From Somniosus microcephalus (Eukaryota): a DNA stretch of 64,000 bases. The position numbers were made by a program, and so were the translations under genes. How positions within the stretch are numbered: position 1 is the first letter of the stretch; each line of letters begins with the position of its first letter. The notes beneath the pieces were generated by a model, which saw only the letters and a program-made list of their open reading frames with translations, did not search any database and was not told where the DNA came from. This document shows, in pieces, positions 27,581 to 40,632 of this stretch. The DNA lies in NCBI GenBank assembly GCA_052327205.1, contig CM126207.1, forward strand, positions 251,162,001 to 251,226,000, read 5' to 3'.

Positions 27581-29344
27581 GCAGTGTTGTCATTTGAATG
27601 CGCACATTGTTCAATATTATTCAATTTTCTAAGTAGACCAGTTACGCAATCCATGGCATCGTCTGTGGAGGAAGGTGGCTGTTGAGAATGGTGTTCCATT
27701 TGTGGCTTTCAGATCATTAAGTACAAGAGTCACAATTCTTTAACAGGGTTCAAGACCAGAAAAAGCTAATTTTCCCCATAGGATAGTGGACATGTGGAAC
27801 TGGCTCCCAGTGAAGTTAGTTGATTTGGGGTCAATCGACACTTCTAAAGGAGAGCTGGATCACTACTAATTGAGAAAGACAGAGATTCTAGTGATATTAA
27901 TTCACTGCTTTTTCCTTAAAGTATGAATGAACAGATAGTTGGAGGTGCGAGGGGAAGTCCACAATTAAATAATCCTACATTGATTCTAGATGAATGGTCT
28001 TTTTTCAGTCTAGAATTTATATCCATTCATTATCCAAAAATCATCTGCAATGTGGATACTGAAGAAATAGTGCAAAAATGCTAAAAAGAGCAAACTTGGA
28101 GAATGCTGCAACTTTTCTGCAGCAATGTATTGACGAGGACCTTCAGAAAATTGTGCCATAAAAAGTTCTTAGCATGAATCTTTTTAATTTTGCTTTTTAA
28201 GCAGTTTTGTAGAATGGTTACCTATGGCAACGATTCTTAAACTCAGAGCATGATGACCTGGCACACAGTACAGTATATGTTTGTTGAAGAGTGTTGCTAT
28301 ATTATTTTTGTGTGCGTATGAGGTTGATGGGCAGTACTTTAATAATGGTAATGACCTGATTTTACTTGTTAAAAGCACAGCTGCTGTGGGTTATAAATCT
28401 GGCAGAACTTTTGACAAGCTCCACAATGCATTCCACTTTAAAGCTTCAATAATTAGCTCACCATTATTAACGTGATAAATGCTCTGCCGTAAAAGGATGC
28501 CCAAGAATGATCACAAAATTATATGTAACGGGGAACCATCATCAGAATTGATCAGGCTTGGGCTGTGACATGATTTTTTTGTTGCTGTTATTTATATTCA
28601 CTGTTTAAATTTAATATGTGCGTTGGATAGGGGAGTGGATGCCAGGGGTATTCCGTTTACGGAGAGCTTTTGAGCCGACCGAGGTTCTCTGTGCAAGAAA
28701 TGAATTGTCCATGTGCTTCACTTTCTTAATGCTTGTTGATGTTCACACAAGAGGATTCATGATTCTGACATCATTACCTCGAGTTTGTTGGGAAATAAAC
28801 TGTAGTTAAGTGGCAGAAAGTTCTATGTCCAGCATTCATTGGATCTTTCCTTCCTCATTTTTTCCACTTTTTTTTAAACCCTTTTTTTCTCTCGACAGAA
28901 GCGTGGTATTTATATATAAATTTAAAAGCTATCCTATTGCGCTTCATTTGGCGCAACTGTAAATGTCCACATGACCTGTCCCACATCTATACTCCTAATG
29001 TAGTGAGCAGTTAAAGCACAGTTCAACCTTTGAGCCATCATATCAGTGTGGACCTATACAGTCCCAGTTTTATTACACTGCTAACAAGGTAATTAGAGTG
29101 CTCAAAGGACAACGTAGAGATGCAAACAAAGAATTTCAGTAGTCATGTACATGGTGCACATACACTTGGGCACTGATACCAACCTCAGTGATATTTGTTG
29201 ATAACTGGATACTGAATTGTTATTGCCAATCTTTCATATGCTAAATAATTTTTCTGCCCAAGTGGGGAAGGTGTTCAAGCTGCACAAGGCTGAACCCAGA
29301 AAAGTAGATTATGCTGCAATTGCTGTCTACATCCATTTTATTTA

Positions 29345-29635
29345 AAATCTCAAAATAAGGGGTTGGCCATTTAGGACTGAGATGAGGAGAAATTTCTTCA
29401 CTCAGAGGGTGGTGAATTATTGGAATTCTCTACCCCAGAGGGCTGTGGAAGCTCAATCGTTGAGTATATTTAAGACAGAGCTCGATAGATTTTTGAATAT
29501 TAAGAGAATCAAGGGATATGGGGATAGTGCAGGAAAGTGGAGATGAGGTAGAAGATCAGCCATGATCTTATTGAATAGCGGAGCAGGCTCGAAGGGCCAA
29601 ATGGCCTACTCCTGCTCCTATTTCATGTTCTTATG
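29345..29635 (+). mobile_element. CR1 LINE 3' end
   Basis: Near reverse-complement match to 31990-32290. Confidence 0.85.
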
Positions 29636-31989
29636 TTTTGTCTTAGAGCATCTAAACTGGACAAGTTGAATTGAAAATGATTTCTTATTATTTTGTGTTG
29701 TTTACATTCGAGTCTGTGAATCATCAGGTCACTGCACTACAAATAGGAAATCACACCCAGTATCCATTTATTGAAGAAAAATAGCAGAGTTAACACATTC
29801 TGGTTCCCTCTGCATTCTCAGTGGATTACATGGCTATGAAGGGACATCAGTTTCTGATTTTATTTTAAAAAGAACTATCTCTACAAATCACGTTTGAAAC
29901 ACATTGCAGCTATTTAGTGGAATATCAAAGTGGTGATTTTTGGTTAATAATCATTTTAAAATGTTCGATAATGACATGACGTTCAGGAAAAAAAATGATT
30001 GTGGGCTCAGGCGCCTTTGCTATACAATAGCACCGTGGGAAGATTCAAAACATTTTTATTCAGTGATGTGCCAACAATGAGCAGCCCAAGGTCATGTAGT
30101 TCTATCATTTGATCTGAACCTATATCCTGTATCCTGCAGATTTGACATGGCACTCAAATGTACTGCAATGGATGATAACTCATATCTTACTTTACACTGT
30201 TTTCTTCCTCTTGCTCACTGTAGTTGGGGACATTTTTCTGTGTATGAACTGCACATGTGAACACCTAAAAGGTCAGAAACAGTCAAAATATATTCTCAGT
30301 AAATTAACAAGGCGACCAAAGATGAAACCTGGCTTCCCAGCAGCCAGAACTTTGTGCTGTAATTGAAGTATTTTTTTGGTCAACTTGAAACAAGAGAGCA
30401 GAGGGATTTGGATCTCTAGTTTGGTGTAAACAACACTGAATTGCTTAATCCTGAAACTTAACTTCATATCTTCATTTCACCATATCCGGATTGTTCTGTC
30501 ACACCACTTCCCTTTTTGACTCACTGGACAGATGTAATGCTACATTTTATATTGGTTAGTTTTAACCCTTTCATCAGCAGGGACCTAAACGAGAGAATAA
30601 AATAACAAAAAAAAGGTTTAAAATAAAAACACTTTGTAACTTGTAATCGAAGTGTTTATGATAAAGTGCTCAGTAAATTAGTAAAACACTTTCATAACCA
30701 ATGCTGTGATGTCCAAATAGAAGTCATATGATCTGGTACCCTGCATCTAATTACAGCACAATGGCTGGTAATCAGGCAGTCATTTGATCTAGTAATACCA
30801 CAATTAACTCGGGCAGCTCCCACACTGGTACAGAATGTTACATTGCAGTTTTAATCTGCAGAAAGGAAAACCCCACAACCTGTGCAAACTGTGCAATTCC
30901 CTTACAAGCAAGTAAAGCTCTTTCAACTAAACGGTTGCTCTTATCATTATCAGGATTCACATTTTCAAAGTAATGCCAACCCTGAACTTTGTGCATGGTA
31001 GTAGATTGCTCTTAAAAGAACCTTCCACTGTATCTTAGAAGGCATTTCACTCAGTAAAACCCACCAGATCAAAGCAAAATATTGCTTTCTTAAAGTTCTT
31101 AATGTTTCTAATGTATAAAATGTGTTTAAACATGAAGGAGCGCCCGTGCTGTTCCATTGAGGGCTGAGGGAGTGACTTCTGATTTCCTACCCACATGTAT
31201 TTTGAAGCTATTTCCTAGACAGTGACACAGGGATAGTTATAGTGAGCTCATTTAAGTATGTTGATGCTTTAAATCATTTGCTTTTAAGATATAGGCAAAC
31301 TTTATTACATAGATGGCAATGTCAAAGTTAACAGACAGGACAAATGTAAATTGCAAAAGAGCTTTAATCAGGGGTTAAAATGCAGTCCGACTAGTACACC
31401 TTTCAATCCTTGTCGCACTTGGTGTTTATAATATCAGTTCTTGATTTTCTCAGGAGATTGCCATTGGATCTCATGAGACTAGAAAAAGATGTGTGTGTGC
31501 CTGCATCATTCCTGGTTCTTTTGGACATCCTGCCATACATTTCCAAAGCCATGATTTCCCCTCACTAGCGCAGGTACATTTACCTTTTCAACCTTTTATT
31601 CCTTTTTTTGTCTGACTCCATGGACCCTATCACCAGACTCTCCACGAGCCTTGCTCTTGTTGTTCAATCCCTGGGTCTGATTTCCTTATCAGATCTTGCC
31701 ATCTATAGACTGTGTTTCTGAGCTGCAAGGACCTGCTCCCATCTTTCCATGTATGGCGATTGGCCAGTTGAGCTGCCAGTCAAACCACTATTGCCCTACT
31801 AGGAGTGGTTTCCTGCCAAATAACCCATGCTGAGCCCCTTCCCACATACCATGTGTGAGTCTTATGAGAAGTGTTTGAATGTGAAATTTTGGATGAAGTC
31901 ATTAAGACACCTAGGCCCCTACTGTTAGTGGCTCCAGTTTTTCCTGTCAAAGTAAAAAAAAATCCTATATCTTTGGGTATTGATCCTTG

Positions 31990-32968
31990 GAATCTTGAAA
32001 CATAGAAGATAGGAGCAGGAGTAGGCCATTCGGCCCTTCGAGCCTGCTCCGCCATTCAATGAGATCATGGCTGATCATCCAAATTCAGTACCCTGTCCCT
32101 GCCTTCTCCCCATATCCCTTGATCCCTTTAGCCTTAAGAAATATATCCAACTCCTTTTTGAATATATTTAATGAACTGGCCTCCACCACCCTCTGTGGCA
32201 GAGAATTCCACAGGTTCACCACTCTCTGGGTGAAGAAATTCCTCCTCATTTCAGTCCTAAATGGCTTACCCCTTATCCTTAGACTATGACCCCTGGTTCT
32301 GGACTCCCCGGCCATCATAAACATCCTTCCTGCATCTAGTCTGTCCAGCCCTGACAGAATTTTATAGGTTTCAATGAGATCCCCTCTCAATCTTCTAAAC
32401 TCCAGTGAGTATAAGCCCAATCAACACAATCTCTCCTCATACGTCATTCCTGCCATCCCAGGTATCAGCCTGGTGAATCTTCGCTGTACTCCTTCCATGG
32501 CAAGAACGTCCTTCCTCAGGTAAGGCGACCAAAACTGCACACAATACTCAAGGTGCGGTCTCACCAAGGCCCTGTACAACTGTAGCAAGACATCCTTGTT
32601 CCAGTACTCGAACCCTCTTGCTACGAAGGCCAACATACCATTTGCCTTCTTAACCGCCTGCTGCACCTGCATGCTTACCTTCAGCGACTGGTGCACAAGA
32701 ACATCCAGGTCTCTTTGCACTTCCCCTTCTCCCAATCTATTGCCATTCAAATAATAATCTGCCTTCCTGTTTTTGCCACCAAAGTGGATAACCTCACATT
32801 TATCCACATTATAGTGCATTTGCCATGTTTCTGCCCAATCACCCAATCTGTCCAAATCGTACTGGAGTTTCTCGACATCCTCCTCACAGCTTACCCTCCC
32901 ACCCAGCTTTGTGTCGTCTGCAAATTTGGAGATATTACATCCAATTCCCTCGTCCAGATCATTAATAT
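31990..32968 (-). mobile_element. CR1 LINE, 5'-truncated and comparatively young
   Basis: KFADD RT motif near 32910-32925; ORFs ALVRPHLEYCVQFWSP and RRLRGDLIETYKIL; 3' UTR tail. Confidence 0.93.
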
Positions 32969-35160
32969 GACTTTATAACAAAAACATATTATAATTTAAA
33001 TCAAAAATAATTTAAATTGGAAATGTGAATTGAGTGATTAAATTGCTTGACGATGCTAATTTCCTGTATAATTCCATATATCCTAAATTAAATACTAAAT
33101 TGTTACCACATGTATTTGACTTACCTAATGATCTTATATTCCTACATAGTAGACCTTTAGTACCAGTGTGGCAGTGGCAATCTATTATAAACCTCTCAGT
33201 GGTGTTCTAGCTCTCCTTCAGTTGTAAGTTGTAGAATAGTGCAATGCACATTTTATACACAAAATGGTGGTTTTGCACTGGTTTCATGCTGAGCTAGGCC
33301 AATAAGGGCTGATTTTCATCAGGCACTGCTTTATAAACTTATTCTGCCTCATGTACTATAATTTTAAATTGGATCTCACCTCACTGAAGTTCAATTCTAT
33401 TGACTCAACAGCAAAATCTTATATTGCACCATACCTTAAGTTTATAAAAAAGATATAGAAGGCTAAAGTATGGAAAGACTAGGGGAACAGCACGGTAATT
33501 ATTCCCTTAATTTACTGAGCATGGGGGTAATTCTGCAACAAAAGTTTCAGCAAGCCAGCCCCAAAAGTGCAATTGGGTGTTCCCGTGATATCCCAACTTC
33601 CTCAATACACTAGCATTTGACTGGGCCTTTTTCCAACAGATTCAGCATTTCCACAAACTCTCTTTCACTTCTTTATTCTGAACCAGTGTCACATTTTTCA
33701 TTTGATTTGAAAACGTTCCTTTTTATTTCCTCCTACTTTATGTTTCTGTTCTTCATTTTAGAACGCAAGTGTGCTTTTCTAACATATTGAGATCTGATAA
33801 GAACAGGGCACTTTTCCCAATTAGTTTCTGTGCAAGTTGTGAGATGGTATCTGTGTGCATCAGATGTTCACTTTGGACTGGAGTTCCTGGTCTTAAAGGA
33901 CATCGATTTAAGTCTTGTTCTTCACCTAGGCCAGCCATAAAGGTGGGAGATGTCAGTTTTGAAATTGTCGCTTGGGGTTGTACTTTTTCTGTGCAGTGCC
34001 CCAGTTACATTTGGTAAAATAATTGCTGTTTATTGAAATGAAGACTGAGTAGCTTGTAGCTTGCAGTGGATACAGACATTTTGCACTGCACACATTGAGG
34101 ATATAATAATGATTATATAGGTAATGTACAAAACAAAATGGGTTAGGCACAATGGTTACATTTATTAAGCCTGCTCTACTTATGCCAGTTTGGAGTTGCC
34201 ATGGTGATATTTTGGTCTGTGCCTGGGAGATCAGCTCATCAAGTGAGAGCTTCAGCTGTTTAAATTATTCCACGTTCACTGCTCTGTTTGATATTGTTGC
34301 TAATTTAAGGAACTCAAACTCAGGATGAGGAGAAATGTTTACGTACTGCTAATTGTAAGCCAGTAAAAATCCCTAATTACTTAGATAAGTAAACTTACTG
34401 ATCTATAATGTGTATTGAATGATCTCAACCAGGGTGAAAGCATTCGCCATCCTAATCCTTTTGTTAGAGAGATGGGGAGGTGGAAATTGGTCACAGTTTC
34501 TGCTCTTGATTGCTAACCAGTGAACCCTACTTAAAGAGAGAGTGTGTGCGTGTCCGTTTGTGTATGGACAAGATTATGTTTGCTTTAACTGAATTTTGGT
34601 TCCTATACAATTAAGCCTTTTTCTAATGACCACCTTTGGGACTGTTTTACGGCAGTCTTTATTGACAAACAGTATCTTTTTTTCCCAAATGAAGCCAAAA
34701 TCATTAATTTATTGTTGTGATTGTCTTTAACCAGCTGGTCTAAGATTAATTTCACTCTAGACTAAAGCTAAAAATCCAACAATTGTATAGACCTTTTAGG
34801 GGGAAAAGAAACCCCACAGTAAAGTGTGGCCTTTATAAAACCGCAATCTCAGACTTGTCACCATCATCACAGTCAGTGACATTCAGAATACAACATGAGC
34901 CACTTAAATGCCAGCATCCTTGGATTTCAGTTTCATAACTGACCTATATTTGTGAACGTGTCTAAGGAAGGGAAGGGGCTGCTTGCATTGATGCTTGTTG
35001 CATTGCTTGTTTCTTGTGTTATGGCGTGTGCATATTGCTTTAGAGGCACTGTGCTTATTACATTAACAAATAAACTAGTATTTATATTATTGTGTGATGT
35101 CGATTGCTTTGATTTCTTTTTTAATCCAAAAATTGTTGAGATATACGTGAATTTTCTTTC

Positions 35161-36770
35161 AACAACAACAACTTGTATTTATAAAGCGCCTTTAACATAG
35201 TAAAACGTCCCAAGGCGCTTCACAGGAGTGTTATCAAACAAAAAAATTGACACCGAGCCACATAAGGAGACATTAGGGCAGATGAGAGGTAGGTTTTAAG
35301 GAGCATCTTAAGGGAGGAGAGAGAAGTAGAGAGTCGGAGAGGTTTAGCGAGGGAATTCCAGAGCTTAAGCCAAGGCAGCTGAAGGCATGACTGCAAATGT
35401 TGGAGCGATTAAAATCGAGGATGCGCAAGAGGCCAGAATTGGAGGAGTGCAAAGATCTCGGAGGGTTGTGGGGCTGGAGGAGGTTACAGCGATAGGGAGG
35501 GGTAAGGCCATGGAGGGATTTGAAAACAAGGATGAGAATATTAAATTTGAGTTGTTGCTGGACCGGAGCCAATGTAGATCCGTGAGCACAGCGGTGATAG
35601 GAGAAGAGGACTCGGTGCGAGTTAGGACACGGGCAGCAGAGTTTTGGATGAGTTCAAGTTTAAGGAGGGTGGAAGATGGGAGGACGGCCAGGAGTGCGTT
35701 GGAATAGTCAAGTTTAGAGATAACAAAGGCATGGATGAATGTTTCAGAAGCGGATGAGCTGAGGCAAGGGCAGAGACAGGCGATGTTATGGAGGTGGAAG
35801 TAGGCAGTCTTGGTGTTTTCAGCGGATATGTGGTTCGAAGCTCATCACAAGGTCAAATACGACACCAAAGTGGCAAACGGTCTAGTTCAGCCTCACACAG
35901 TTGCCAGGGAGAGGGATGGAGTCGATGGCTAGGGAACAGAGTTTGTGGCAGGGAGTTTGTGGAGGAAATTTCTGCTCATCCAGTACTGGATGTCAGACAA
36001 GCAGTGTGACAAATCAGAGACAATGGAGTGGCCGAGAGAGGTGGTGGTGAGTTAGAACTGGGAGTCATCAGCGTACATGTGGAACCTGACATGTTTTCAG
36101 ATGATGTTGCTGAGAGGTAGCATGCAGATGAGAAATGGGAGGGGACCAAGGATATATCCTTGGGGACTCCAGAGGTAACGGTGTGAGAGCGGGAAGAAAA
36201 GCCATTGTAAATAATTCTCTGGCTACAACTGGATTTAAGAATGGAACCAGGGGAGTGCAGTCCCTCCCAGCTCGACGACAGAGGAGAGGCATTTGAGGAG
36301 GATGGTGTGGTCAACTGTGTAGACAGGTCGAGAAGGTTGGGGGGGTGGGGGGGGGGATAGTTTACCATGGTCACAGTCATATAGGATGTAATTTGTGACT
36401 TTGATAAGGGCCATTTCAGTGTTGTGGCAGGGGCAGAAAACTGATTGGAGGGATTCAAACTTGGAGTTGCGGGAAAGATGGGCACGGATTTGGGAGGCGA
36501 CAACACGTTCAAGGATTTTGGAGCGGAAAGGAAGGTTGGAGATGGGGCAGTAGTTTGCAAGGACAGCGGGGTCAAGGGTGGCTTTTTTGAGGAGGGGGGT
36601 GATGAGGGCAGATTTAAAGGGGAGGGGGACAGTACCTGAGGAGACGGAACCGTTAACAATATCAGCTAACATGGGGCCAGGAACAGTAGTTGGGCGGTCA
36701 TCAGTTTGGTGGGAATAGGGTCGAGGGCGCAGGAGGAGGGTCTCATGGACAAGGTGTGCTTGGAGGAGAT
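35161..36770 (-). mobile_element. L2 LINE, 5'-truncated, frameshifted RT
   Basis: PLLKKATLDP..NY.PISNLPF.SKILER and YADD (tcatcagcgta) motifs; 3' end with (AAC)n tail. Confidence 0.9.
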
Positions 36771-37254
36771 CTGTTTCAGGATAACTTCTGAATCTTGACA
36801 CGTTTGATGCTGTAGTTCCTCAGGCTCGAGGGGCCGAATGCTCTACCCCTACTCGTATTCAATTTATTATTTATAAAGGAGGAGGTTACTAGTTATGGAA
36901 TTGAATTTCTTTACAGTATAAAATACAAACCTATTTTCTGTTGCTGCGACAATCACATAAATTCAATTATATTAAATATCGTACAAGATAAATGACACTC
37001 TAAGTATTGTGTTTCTTTTCCAGCTGTGCCAGAACACATTATATTTCACCTTTTAGTGTGTAGAAAACACTTTGCTGTAAATTACAAAATCAAATTCGAT
37101 AAATCCTTTAAGCTGCAGACCATTTCTTTTTAAGCATTTTCTGAATAAACAAAACAATTGTCATTTTGTTTTATTTTTGTGCAGAATGACTATTATTGGC
37201 TCCAAGGTATCGCTTTATTCTGCACAGTGACTGCTTCTTCCTGCTAATCTTTTT

Positions 37255-37462
37255 CACCCAGAAGGCGGTGGGGGGTCTGGAACTCGCTGCCTGAAAGGGT
37301 GGTAGAGGCAGAAACCCTCATCACATTGAAGTGCCCTAATCTGCAGGGCTACGGACCAAGAGCTGGAAAGTGGGATTAGGCTGGATGGCTCTTTCTCGGC
37401 CGACACAGACACGATGGGCTGAATGGCTTCCTTCTGTGCCATAAATTTCTATAATTCTATGA
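37255..37462 (+). mobile_element. CR1 3' end
   Basis: ggaactcgctgcctgaaagggtggtagaggcag...ataattctatga. Confidence 0.8.
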
Positions 37463-37544
37463 TGGCCAAACAGCTAGAAAATGATAACCTAAATGTTTAA
37501 AACGCAAAGTAAAAATACCACGTTCTTCATTCTTATGTTATTAC

Positions 37545-37880
37545 AAGAAAGACATGCATTTATATAGCACCTTTCGCGACGTCCCAAATCGCTTTACAGC
37601 TTTGTAATGTAGGAATTTACATTACGGCAGCCAATTTGCACACAGCAAGCTCGCACAAACAGTGGTGTTGATTGAGGGATAAATATAGGCCAGGACACTG
37701 GGGATCACTCCCCTGTTATCGTTCGAAATAGTGCTATGAGATCTTTTACGTCCACCTGAGAGAGCAGCTGGGCCCTTGGTTTAATGTCTCATCTGGAGTG
37801 TCAGCCTAGATTTTTGTGCTCAAGTCTCCGGAGGGGGATTTGAACCCACAACCTTCTGACTCAGAGGCAAGGGTCCTACT
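37545..37880 (-). mobile_element. DeuSINE (SacSINE1-like)
   Basis: Reverse complement of the 6472-6920 copy. Confidence 0.75.
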
Positions 37881-38174
37881 AACTGAGCCACAGCTGACAC
37901 ACAGGTTTCTTTATGCATCTAGATCTCCAGATTTCTAAACCCTCACATTTTAGCATTGCTCAATATACTACTTCCTCAGTATGTGGCAGTGACTATCAGT
38001 CCTGTGGCTCTGTGAGTGAATTTTCCACTATATAGTTTGTCCAAATCACACACATCTATCTTTATTGACATTTGGAATTAATGAGACTGGGCAATATGAG
38101 TATTATTATCATGACTTTAGTATAGAATGATCACTGCCCCTCAACAGTAGTCCTCTCAGCTGGCCTTCTATGTG

Positions 38175-40082
38175 GACTATGCTTCTACTTCTTTTGGTTG
38201 AGACCCCGCTGTGAACCCGCTGCCACGCGCCTTTCCCAATGTCGGGTCTGTCAACGTTGAACAGGCCCGACATGCAGTGGCGGGGGACCTAATTAAAATC
38301 ATGAGCATCTAGTTGCCAGATGCTTAACAGCATTTTTTCACTTACCTTTTGTCTTTAATTTCATGACCACGGGCTCCCCGCTGTGTGCAGACCACAGCTG
38401 TCAAACTGAGGTGGGAGTTCAGTGGCCATTGCTCCAGCTGATTACTTGACCGCTTCAAATGTACAGTAAAAGCTCCCACCTGACTGATATTCACTTTCCT
38501 CAGGCAGAAGCTTTTTCTCACTCCATTTCCAGCACACATTCTGCAGGCTTTCCACTTTCCACTCTCCAACCACTCTCACCTCATTAGAAGAACTCTCTGA
38601 CCATTGACAGAATGCTTCGGTCATCTCTATTTCACCTGCCATCTATTCCATCAAGATGGGTGCCCTTTATACTCTCTCACCTTGGTCCTCAGAATCCCAC
38701 CACGATCAGCCCCAACACCAGCAGCACCAGGCACATCAGCAGCACCAACAACAACACCAACCTTCTCTGCAATCAGCTGGTGCTGCACAGGACACAGGGC
38801 ATCAGCACCCGGCCACATTGCTGCCCGGGAGACCAGGGATGGCCTCACCATGGCCAGATTTACTTCACTTGACACTGTACACCCTGGCTGCCACATGATG
38901 CGCCAGGTTGGCACCACCCCACACCAACACCATAAAGCATCCCAACAATGTCCAAGCCATTCCTTTCACACTCATCACCATTGCGGGGGTACCGTTGTGT
39001 CTCACCATTCACTGCAACCCACTAAGCTACTTCCAAAGGTGCACACAGATCTGTCCAAGACCGAAAAGCGTTGAAAATAAAGGTTTCAATGTTTGACAAC
39101 ACATTAATAGAAACTTTACATGAACATTGCATAAAACACTCAAATGCCTACCCGATTGTGTTTTTAGTTGGTATGATTGCACTAGGATGAGGGTGAGTGT
39201 GAGGGGTGGTTAGTGAGATGGGATGTGGTAATACAGATAGAGAGGGATGGGTGGAGGTCAAAGGTAAGTTGGTGTGAGTAAGGATGTGCAGGAGTAGGGT
39301 AGGGAAGGCAGAGTGATGGGGATGTGATGAGGGGCACAGCAGGATGAGATTGAGTGTGGCTTTGTACTAACGTTTCATTGATCTACTGAGATCATTGCAA
39401 TGTTTGTGGCACTGCACCCAGGTCCTCCTGACCACATCCCTGCTTGTGCAATGTGCAACCAGGCTGTGTTGATCTCCTGGGGAGGTCTCTTCCACACGTG
39501 GGAAGGGAAGAGGACCTCCCTGTGTGCTGTGACTCCCTCCATAAGCATATGGTGGGAGTGATTTAATTTTAATGGCTTTTAATGAAAAAAACATTATATC
39601 CGTGTCCTCGCAATCACCCATAATCTGTGCCATCCCATTGCTCACACTCTGTGCCTTACCATCTTCCAAATTCTAGCTCCCTCCCTTTCTTGTCTCTCCT
39701 AAATAGAAAACAAACCAGACAAAATAAATTAATTCTGATAAAAGCATATGGAGGGAGCCATGGGAGAGCCTGGGTGCAGCCCTGTGCCTTTGTGCAGTCA
39801 TTGTCAGTGTTTGCAGCACCTCAATGCTGTAGTGCACTAACTGCACAAATGTTAAGACAAATTTGGACATGGTCCCTTTAAGGAAACCGGCTGATGACGT
39901 ATCATGAAATGACGTCACCAGACACGCTTCCTCTAATTGGGCCGGGTAAAGCGCTGGGCGGGCTTAACAAGCCCAGTCAATGGAAAGTAATTTTACACAG
40001 CGGGATAGAGCCAGCAGCGGGGCTGCGATCCGCCACCATCATCGCCCGCCCCGGACCCGCCGAGGTAAGTAAAGTTGCGGCC
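38175..40082. mobile_element. Degenerate Harbinger element of a second family (Myb/SANT remnant on minus strand)
   Basis: Minus-strand peptide TSRDVVRRTWVQCHKHCNDLSR at ~39370-39460 parallels RTGDQCRKKFNDLTR of the intact element; right end ...gtaaagttgcggcc is homologous to 56672-56700. Left boundary approximate. Confidence 0.6.
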
Positions 40083-40595
40083 TTTGTTACTGTGCTGATG
40101 GCTGGCTTCCTCTCTTGCTGGTTCTGCTATACAAATCAAAAATGAAATAATCCAACGAATCACTATGTTAATACTACAATAAGATGGTGGAACCAGTTCA
40201 CAGACATTGCTTCTCAGTGATCTATTCATCTACTCATGGGAGGAAAATTTGCTGCAATTTTACCTGGTGGCAAACAAGCGATGGCTGTTTACATTATAGC
40301 GATCCCATAAGGCTTGTCTCTGAACAGAACAGACTTCTCTATTGAAGCCATTTTCTACTGTAGTGGCACTTACAGATTAAAGGTGCCACTCATCTTTAAC
40401 TCATCTAAATGTGTTGTATTCTGTAGCAGTTTGTCTACCTGGCTTTTAGTTTAAAAAAAATTATTTCCGTGTCCTCGCAATCACCCATAATCGGTGCCAT
40501 CCCATTGCTCACGCCCTGTGCCTTCCCATCTTCCAAATTCTACATCCCTCCCTTTCTTGTGTCTCCTAAATAGAAAAAAAAAGACAAAATAAATT

Positions 40596-40632
40596 AATTC
40601 TGATGAAAGGTCATCGACCTGAAACGTTAACT
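40596..40632 (+). ncRNA. Minimal hammerhead ribozyme motif in a Penelope pLTR fragment (40596-40730)
   Basis: CTGATGA(40600-40606)-A-AGGTC-ATC-GACCT-GAAA-C-GTT; palindromic helix III AACGTT; helix I is weak (AATT/AACT). Confidence 0.65.

Noticed and set aside
38604-39074. 156-aa and His/Gln-rich ORFs
   Set aside because: Low-complexity CA-rich sequence within a decayed Harbinger; no intact domain.
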